Both the position numbers and the translations under genes were made by a program. Source: an uncultured Gammaproteobacteria bacterium (GTDB lineage Bacteria; Patescibacteriota; Microgenomatia; UBA10105; UBA927). Taken from it: 64,000 bases of DNA. Every line of letters starts with the position of its first letter. Positions within the stretch are counted from its first letter, which is position 1. Positions 58,113 through 64,000 of the stretch are shown piece after piece. Where the stretch lies: the NCBI GenBank assembly GCA_964621305.1, contig CAZUOM010000001.1, positions 165,448 to 229,447 of the forward strand, read 5' to 3'. The notes below the pieces were generated by a model. It searched no databases. It saw only the letters and a list, made by a program, of their open reading frames with translations, and was not told the origin of the DNA.

Positions 58113-58928
58113 TTACGGATACAACTGCACGGCCAACTCTTTTGCTTGCATTGCGCTACCCTGGTACTCATCGGGAATAAGCGGGTTGGGGCGTTGAAAC
58201 GAAGGAAACTTGCCCATCGTACCATAGGCGGCAAGCGCGGCAATAACATTTTGGTGTTCTAATGGAAGAAGCAACTTCTGAAGACTAGCTGTTCGTCTTT
58301 TCAATTCGTCCGGTGATTGCCGGAGTTGCGCAATAGTTAGGGCACGAGAAGCTCGCGGCAATTCGAGCCGCTCAACACGGATAAGTTCTCCCTGATCGTA
58401 CGCTTCCGTCACATGGTGTACCGTGGACTCGGTCCACGCGTCGCCATCGGTTACCCAACAGTAGGCAAGGCGCGCGCACACGACTCGCGCTCCGTACATG
58501 CCCTTTCCACCAAAGTCCACTCTTCCCGGATCAAGAGGGCCTGGGTGCTGGTTAATGATCCTGCCTCGATATGCTTGGACAACCGATTCCGGCGTCAGAG
58601 GCAACCAGCCGTTTTGACTCACGAGAAGAACGTTATATTTTTGAAACATGCCAAGAAGTGCTTCCCCGAACGCATCGAGGCTGGTGAAATTTCTCCGTGC
58701 AACAGTCTCTGTAGGTATATCCATCGCCCTTGCACGATCTAAACCTCGCGCATCGTGTCTACTGGCAATGACCACCACCGGACGAATGTGAGAAATTTCG
58801 CCATGCTGGCACGCCCGGATCACCGCCTCCGCCGTTGTCCCCTCGCCGGAAATCAAAAAAGCCGTGTTTATCTCACTTTCTTTCATATATAACATTTCCG
58901 AATCGATCAATCGGGGGCTTATGTCCAA
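58113..58928 (-). CDS. purN: phosphoribosylglycinamide formyltransferase-like protein
   Basis: Formyltransferase motif IINQHPGPL and pur operon position. Longer than typical PurN (271 aa), so the start is uncertain. Confidence 0.55.
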   Translation of the reverse strand: MDISPRLIDSEMLYMKESEINTAFLISGEGTTAEAVIRACQHGEISHIRPVVVIASRHDARGLDRARAMDIPTETVARRNFTSLDAFGEALLGMFQKYNVLLVSQNGWLPLTPESVVQAYRGRIINQHPGPLDPGRVDFGGKGMYGARVVCARLAYCWVTDGDAWTESTVHHVTEAYDQGELIRVERLELPRASRALTIAQLRQSPDELKRRTASLQKLLLPLEHQNVIAALAAYGTMGKFPSFQRPNPLIPDEYQGSAMQAKELAVQLYP

Positions 58929-60372
58929 CCATGCACCCCATACAGAACTGACAGTTTTCCGGATTCCCTGTTAATGCCTCTCGCAATCCCCGAGAGCTTA
59001 AATATGCCAAGGAATCCGCACCGATAGCTTGACGAATTTTTTCTACGTTTCCTCCATAGCGATGAGCAATAAGCTCCTCATGCGTACGAGTGTTTATTCC
59101 CAAGTGACACCCCTTATCGATAGGAGGTGATAACGACCTGCTGTGTACTGCAAGAGCGCCATATTTTCGAAGCAGCGCAATCACTGCACGCTGGATATTT
59201 CCCCGTACGATCGAATCGTCAACAATAACAATCCGTTGTCCGGCAATATCCCCCGCATCGAACGCAAAGTGCCCAACTGCCAGCTCATGAATGGAGGCGA
59301 TATCCGCCGTCAGAAACGTTCTCGGATTTTGTTGAGGAACACGATCCGTAATAACCTGTTTGTAGGGAAGACGCAGCGCTCCGGCAAACGCCCGACCGCC
59401 CGCAATCCCGGTTCCGGGGATACCCACAACGAAATCTACGTCTTTTGCAGTGAGTGGCGCTTCGAAGGCAAGAATCTTGCCGCATCGCTGTCGAAGCTCG
59501 TAAGTAGTTGGGGATTCATTGATCTTAAACGGATCACCGCGAGCTATATGTGCTCTACTTTCTTCATCGTGGATATATACGGTCTCAAAAATACAGGACG
59601 CAGGCTGCGCGCGATTACAACGATATGGCACCGCGACAACGTTCTCTGTTATATGAAGCAGTTGACCCGGCATGACCTCGGTAAAATCTCTGATTCCCAT
59701 CTGTTCTAATGCCCTTGTTTCTGACGCAGCCACAGCCACCCGCTGTCGTGACTCCCCATGCCAAAGCCACCCATAAACAAGAGGCCGGAACCCGTAGGGG
59801 TCGCGGGCCAAAAACATTCCTTCGGGAGTCGCAATTGCCAGACTCCACGCCCCGCGTTTCTTTTCTAGAACAGAGATTATGCGCGTTTCCCATGTAGAAC
59901 CGGGACTTTCTGCAAGTTCTTGGGTAAAACGATAGGTATCGCTTGTGCCATCGTCAACCTCATGAACTTCGCCGGAGAACTGCCCGTTGTGGGCGACAAT
60001 AAAAGGGTCGCGAGAATGCGCATGAGAGCCAAGAAGCGGTTGTACGTTTTTAGCGCTAAAGTTGCCGTTCGTTCCATACCGAACCTGAAATACCCACATT
60101 CGTGCAGCACGCGCCGAAAAATCCTGTTGTACGGATGATGGAAAAACGTCACCAAGCATGCCTTCACCTTTATGCCAAAATGTTGCTCCGGCAAAAGTAA
60201 TTGCACCGAAACCAGCACCATCCTGTCCGCGCGTCTGAAGTGCCTTTAAAGCCTCTAGCCCCGGCTGGAACAGTTTGATGTCTGCGCGGAGCGCGCAAGC
60301 GGCAACGATGCCGCAATGATCGAGAACGGGTTCACGCTCAGACCGGAGGAATTCTGCGCTCATAAGAAACAA
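58873..60372 (-). CDS. purF: amidophosphoribosyltransferase
   Basis: 499 aa; Ntn-hydrolase Cys (..DHCGIVAACA) after a propeptide, and a C-terminal PRTase domain. Confidence 0.8.
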   Translation of the reverse strand: MFLMSAEFLRSEREPVLDHCGIVAACALRADIKLFQPGLEALKALQTRGQDGAGFGAITFAGATFWHKGEGMLGDVFPSSVQQDFSARAARMWVFQVRYGTNGNFSAKNVQPLLGSHAHSRDPFIVAHNGQFSGEVHEVDDGTSDTYRFTQELAESPGSTWETRIISVLEKKRGAWSLAIATPEGMFLARDPYGFRPLVYGWLWHGESRQRVAVAASETRALEQMGIRDFTEVMPGQLLHITENVVAVPYRCNRAQPASCIFETVYIHDEESRAHIARGDPFKINESPTTYELRQRCGKILAFEAPLTAKDVDFVVGIPGTGIAGGRAFAGALRLPYKQVITDRVPQQNPRTFLTADIASIHELAVGHFAFDAGDIAGQRIVIVDDSIVRGNIQRAVIALLRKYGALAVHSRSLSPPIDKGCHLGINTRTHEELIAHRYGGNVEKIRQAIGADSLAYLSSRGLREALTGNPENCQFCMGCMVGHKPPIDRFGNVIYERK

Positions 60373-60394
60373 AAAATCCCGCTATTTGCGGGAT
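60370..60394 (-). promoter_or_regulatory. terminator-like hairpin plus U-run immediately upstream of the purF start (candidate attenuator or riboswitch expression platform)
   Basis: On the minus strand: ATCCCGC-aaatag-GCGGGAT-TTTTTTGTTTCTT-ATG. It lies between the divergent promoter region (60400-60600) and the purF ATG. Confidence 0.4.
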
Positions 60395-60618
60395 GAGTGA
60401 TTATCTATAAAAAACCAATACCATTTTGGTCTATTTGCCCTGGATGCATACTATTTCCCCGAAAAGGCAACGGAGTATTACGCTGTTTAGAAATAACTTA
60501 TCGCGTCTGTCTCATCGTGTCAAGTATCGTACAGTATCAGAGTTCCGTTTACATCCCTCCGCGCTTTACACATGGGCCCAGAGTATAACATCGGCGCAAT
60601 GTGCTATACTGCGGGCCT

Positions 60619-61419
60619 ATGAAATGGCCCGAGACCCTCACTCTCATCCGACACGACACGTCTATGTATAATCGTCTAAAAGAACAAAAGGCAGACGACC
60701 CCGGCTATCGCGCATTTCGGAAGGCCTATGATCGCAATCCAGAATCCGGAGAGACTCGGCGCCTAGCGACAGAGGTGGTCGACCGCTTTGCTCTTTTAGT
60801 CGGAGATCACGATACTCCGCTCGCGCCCGATGCCGGCGGGCAGCAGGCAATAACTGTTGGAAGTCGACTCAAAAACCTCATTGCCCTGCCCGACGTGATA
60901 TTTGTTTCGCCGTATACTCGTACTAGACAAACACTAGAAAAACTGATCGAAGGCTGGCCTGACCTGCGCGACGTCAAGGTGATTGAGGACGAACGCATTC
61001 GCGAACAAGATCATGGGATAGCACTCCTTTATAGTGATTGGCGTGTGTTTAACGTGTTCCATCCCGAACAAAAGAAGCTCCGGGATCTTCAGAGTCCCTA
61101 CTGGTACCGCTACCCCCAGGGAGAAAATGTTCCTGACCTCCGTGACCGGCTCAGGTCTTTGGCCTCGACACTCACCCGAGACTACCAAAAAAAACAGGTG
61201 GCGATGATAACTCACCACCTGGCTATCCTTGCCTGGCGGGCTAATCAAGAACGATTGAGCGCTTCAGAGTTTACTCGTCTGGACCAGGAGGAAAAGCCCA
61301 TCAACTGTGGGGTCACCATCTACCGGGGCAAAGAAGAATTGGGCACCGACGGTAAGCTCGTATTAGAAGCGTATAATTTGAAGTTATACACTACGACAGA
61401 AGAAACGGAACAAGAATGA
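60619..61419 (+). CDS. histidine phosphatase superfamily protein (phosphoglycerate-mutase-like)
   Basis: TLTLIRHDTSMYN is an RHG-like catalytic motif near the N-terminus. The start could equally be the upstream ATG at 60601. Confidence 0.55.
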   Translation: MKWPETLTLIRHDTSMYNRLKEQKADDPGYRAFRKAYDRNPESGETRRLATEVVDRFALLVGDHDTPLAPDAGGQQAITVGSRLKNLIALPDVIFVSPYTRTRQTLEKLIEGWPDLRDVKVIEDERIREQDHGIALLYSDWRVFNVFHPEQKKLRDLQSPYWYRYPQGENVPDLRDRLRSLASTLTRDYQKKQVAMITHHLAILAWRANQERLSASEFTRLDQEEKPINCGVTIYRGKEELGTDGKLVLEAYNLKLYTTTEETEQE

Positions 61420-61453
61420 GAGGAAAGTTCACTTGTGCATCAGAACAAAGAAG

Positions 61454-62077
61454 TTATCCCCTTTTTGCTCCCTCTAAAGCTTCAAGTAGTCCGTTGGTGG
61501 TTTCTACCCGATCGAGTTCGTAACTATGTGAAGACCTGTCCGTATACATGCCACCGCCCGATGAACTCTGGTTTGACCAACCTGAGTAATATTTGGCGAG
61601 TACAACCGCCGGTTTTGTCCTATCGGCAAAGGATAAGTTAACAACAACTTTACCGCGATATTCATTGTGTTCGTGCATCAAGTATCCTGCTGATCGTGAC
61701 TCTTCAGTTTCATCAAATTCAAGATTGGCATTTTTGGGGAGGCGAGGCTTGAGGATAAGAGTTATTTCTTGACCTATTTCAGACGCAGTTCCAAAAATAT
61801 ATTTTTTACGCCTCGCATCTTCTTCGGCTTCCGCTCGGCGTTTAGCCTCATCACCCTCTCGTTGTATTCTCTGTTTGAGCTCTTCAAGTGTCGTGAGCTC
61901 GTCAAGCGGGAATTCTCTCCCACTGAATGCAACAACTCTAAAGCCATCTAGAACTAAAGCGTCCTTATTGTCAACAATTAAATGCCAAAAGGACTCGGGG
62001 GGGGCAGCCTGGGCTCCCAAATGTAATTCAGCCCTCGTAGAATCTTTTATATCCACGCGGAAACCTATCTTGTACAA
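61454..62077 (-). CDS. hypothetical protein (207 aa)
   Basis: ORF with an acidic coiled-coil segment; no family recognised. Confidence 0.45.
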   Translation of the reverse strand: MYKIGFRVDIKDSTRAELHLGAQAAPPESFWHLIVDNKDALVLDGFRVVAFSGREFPLDELTTLEELKQRIQREGDEAKRRAEAEEDARRKKYIFGTASEIGQEITLILKPRLPKNANLEFDETEESRSAGYLMHEHNEYRGKVVVNLSFADRTKPAVVLAKYYSGWSNQSSSGGGMYTDRSSHSYELDRVETTNGLLEALEGAKRG

Positions 62078-62290
62078 GTCCTGGTCTAAATCAGTAGGGT
62101 CATAATCAACTCTGGTTACTTTTCTGGCCCTAGGCGCTCGGCCAATAGTAAATTCGCTTTTCCATCGCTCATGTGATTTCTAATATACCATCAAAACGGA
62201 ACGTTTTCAACACATTTCTTCTTCCATGCTATACTCCTATTAATATGAGCCCGCAGGACCTCATCAATTTTCTTGATCACACTCTATGGT

Positions 62291-62613
62291 TCAAAAATCA
62301 ATTCTAAATGCCTCACCAAAAACACTGCTCAAACGGTATAGGTAAGTCTTAAAAAACTTACCAGCGATGTTGACTCGATGATCGAACCACACCCGTATAA
62401 TCCGCGTGACCTTGCCAATCCATATGATCCTTTGGCGTTTGAAATTACGAGCTAGGGCAAAATAATACGGTAATTGGGTATTAAATGTGTACAAAAAGTG
62501 CCTTACTTAGCGAGGTGGTTTAATATTTCTCCACCGAATACGCGCAGACTACTGACGTCCTTTCAATTGCGGCAAGGTGGTTATACAAGACATCCAATAA
62601 GATCGCTGTCAAC
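62291..62613 (-). pseudogene. disrupted HEPN-like (DUF86-type) toxin remnant next to the MNT gene
   Basis: A 32-codon frame (TTG 62613 to TAA 62520) starts 4 nt after the MNT stop and encodes TAILLDVLYNHLAAIERT.... A second frame (62291-62494) carries an Rx4H-like motif RVWFDH. Together they are about the size of a HEPN protein, but a frameshift and stop separate them. Confidence 0.3.
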
Positions 62614-62615
62614 TG

Positions 62616-63038
62616 TCATAGTGCTGAAAATCGCCTAACGAGGGCTGAATCGTAAATACTGCGCATATACGCTGTGTCGTAATAATTGCACATGGCAAAA
62701 GATTCAAAAGCCAGAACTTCTTTCTCTGTGCGGAGATAGACCCGGTCCCCGCTTTTGATAATCTGAAAAAGAAACAGAGGCGAGGAACCGGTGTCTACAA
62801 CGCTCAAATCCAGATTTAGCGGGAAGCTGATGGGTTGCAGTGTTTTGTATATCCGCTCTTCATCTCTCGGTTTTTTCCGATCGACCACAACTGCAAGATC
62901 AAAATCGCTGTCACCACGCTCCCTACCAGACGCAACAGAACCGATGATGTATGCGGCAATCGCCTCGGGGATATGAGAAAGAGCATCAACAATTTTCCCG
63001 CGCAGTTTTTCGCTGACAATGCATAAACCATTCTTCAT
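62616..63038 (-). CDS. nucleotidyltransferase (MNT / Pol-beta superfamily) antitoxin-like protein
   Basis: IIGSVASGRERGDSDFDLAVVV is the GS-x9-13-DxD minimal nucleotidyltransferase motif; 140 aa. Confidence 0.7.
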   Translation of the reverse strand: MKNGLCIVSEKLRGKIVDALSHIPEAIAAYIIGSVASGRERGDSDFDLAVVVDRKKPRDEERIYKTLQPISFPLNLDLSVVDTGSSPLFLFQIIKSGDRVYLRTEKEVLAFESFAMCNYYDTAYMRSIYDSALVRRFSAL

Positions 63039-63280
63039 GATAGCCTCAGTATACCATCACACCCAAAATCTGAAAAGACAACAATGGTCATTTGGTAAAA
63101 AGTGGGAAAAGTTAATAACTGAAGGAAATAAGAGGATTATTAATGAAGAAAAAACATACTCGGGAGGTCCATCATCATAAATCAGAAACAGGAACCACGC
63201 ATATTTGTGGCCGTTTCTTTTCTACAACAATGGACCCCCCGTCGCGCTAGATACAAAACCGATCCCAATTCCATGCGCGA

Positions 63281-64000
63281 TTATGGATTTGCAAAGCCGC
63301 CGCCAGCGACCTTGCTAAACGACGCGGCGTTTTTCGATGCGCTGCTGGCGCTGCTGGAGAACAACTGGAACGCTTGGCGAATTTCTTTTTCGGTGTTCCC
63401 CGGTGTCAAAATCCAGTTCTCGTCGAGCCCCATTTCCGCGAAGACTTCATTGAAGTTGGTTCGGGAGAATGGCTGGCCACAATTCGGGCAATTCGTCACA
63501 CCGATTGGCGACCCAACGAGATTTGTAGCACAACGTTCACATTTCTTCGGTATATCATCAATCCCCAATCCCGCGATGATATTCTGCTCGGTGGCAAGCA
63601 TATCGCGAACGATCGGACGCACGTCAGATGCCGATCGCCTGGATCCCTCATCATGCCCATCACTCACCGTCAGATTGACTGATCGTACCGTGATGCCGTA
63701 ATCGCGCAGCTCCTTCGTCTTGGCAAGCACGGTTGCGTAGAATACAATACTTTCGTCATAAAGCGGGGTGCCGCCGGAGGGATTGTAGTTATGCGTATCA
63801 AGACGCGGCGCTTGCTCAATCGGCACATACTCACAGATGAGCAACCCGTTAAGCGTGCGCATGAAGACGAGAATCTCGTCGCGTGCTTTTGCTTTCTGCA
63901 CCGCATCAAGACCCAGATTGTTAGTACAATCCCGAAGAATTTGTGAGTTCCCGCACATGCGAATTGAGGTCGAGTCGTCAATCAAAATGTTGAGAAGTAC
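63281..64000 (-). CDS. zinc-ribbon-containing protein running off the right window edge; possibly a radical-SAM activase-like enzyme
   Basis: C-x2-C-x15-C-x2-C ribbon (CERCATNLVGSPIGVTNCPNCG) and an SGGTPLY segment. The frame continues past nt 64000, so the true N-terminus is not visible. Weak functional call. Confidence 0.3.
   Translation of the reverse strand, partial: VLLNILIDDSTSIRMCGNSQILRDCTNNLGLDAVQKAKARDEILVFMRTLNGLLICEYVPIEQAPRLDTHNYNPSGGTPLYDESIVFYATVLAKTKELRDYGITVRSVNLTVSDGHDEGSRRSASDVRPIVRDMLATEQNIIAGLGIDDIPKKCERCATNLVGSPIGVTNCPNCGQPFSRTNFNEVFAEMGLDENWILTPGNTEKEIRQAFQLFSSSASSASKNAASFSKVAGGGFANP

Noticed and set aside
60373-60600. Purine (guanine/adenine) or ZTP riboswitch aptamer in the purF leader
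   Set aside because: By eye no conserved purine-aptamer core (ACCGUAAAU-type junction) or ZTP pseudoknot consensus was found. Only the terminator hairpin is solid.
63207-63701. 164-aa plus-strand ORF
   Set aside because: It is antisense to the longer zinc-ribbon-containing minus-strand ORF and has no motif.
1-64000. CRISPR arrays, rRNA genes, transposase or integrase genes
   Set aside because: No direct-repeat plus spacer periodicity, no rRNA-like conserved stretches, and no recognisable transposase or integrase motifs were seen anywhere in the window.

Overview
Read by eye on both strands, this 64-kb window looks like a gene-dense bacterial chromosome segment. From the gene content it is probably an uncultivated small-genome lineage such as CPR/Patescibacteria, but that is inference only.

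Main content, left to right:
- Ribosomal proteins: rpmB (L28) at 1835-2068 and rpmG (L33, not in the ORF track) at 10207-10380.
- A tRNA island at 3.0-4.5 kb with tRNA-Thr(UGU), tRNA-Tyr(GUA) and tRNA-Thr(GGU), plus an ArsR-family regulator.
- A giant 26,247-nt gene (8,748 aa, minus strand, 12153-38399). Its product is membrane anchored, Pro-rich and Cys-rich, with coiled coils, an SF2 helicase-like ATPase, a GHKL ATPase box, an HExxH motif, PD40 beta-propeller repeats and a C-terminal lytic transglycosylase (SLT) domain.
- A NAD module: nadD, nadE and pncB.
- A long minus-strand purine operon: purF, purN, purD, purSL, purQ, two archaeal-type purP paralogs, purB, purE, purC and purM.

Most unusual findings:
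1. The giant protein carries a canonical intein (CVTGDTIL ... VAHN/T). Its endonuclease slot holds a NYN/PIN-like nuclease domain, and its block A is interrupted by a ~230-aa insertion with a duplicated GDxIL motif.
2. A Russian-doll tRNA. A complete tRNA-Thr(UGU) gene sits in a 162-nt insert bounded by 9-bp inverted repeats, exactly in the anticodon loop of a second tRNA-Thr(UGU) gene whose two halves still pair perfectly.
3. A 23S-IVS-like cassette. A four-helix-bundle (23S rRNA IVS protein family) gene is flanked by triple GCTTAG and triple CTAAGC inverted hexamer arrays just after rpmG. A matching empty hexamer site lies next to rpmB.
4. nadD is a single continuous frame interrupted by one in-frame TGA in a conserved motif, although TGA is a genuine stop elsewhere in the window.
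5. The pncB leader forms a long hairpin that sequesters the Shine-Dalgarno sequence. The purF leader holds an attenuator-like terminator hairpin.
6. An MNT antitoxin gene sits next to a frame-disrupted HEPN remnant.

All coordinates were derived by hand and may be off by a few nt for motif-level features.
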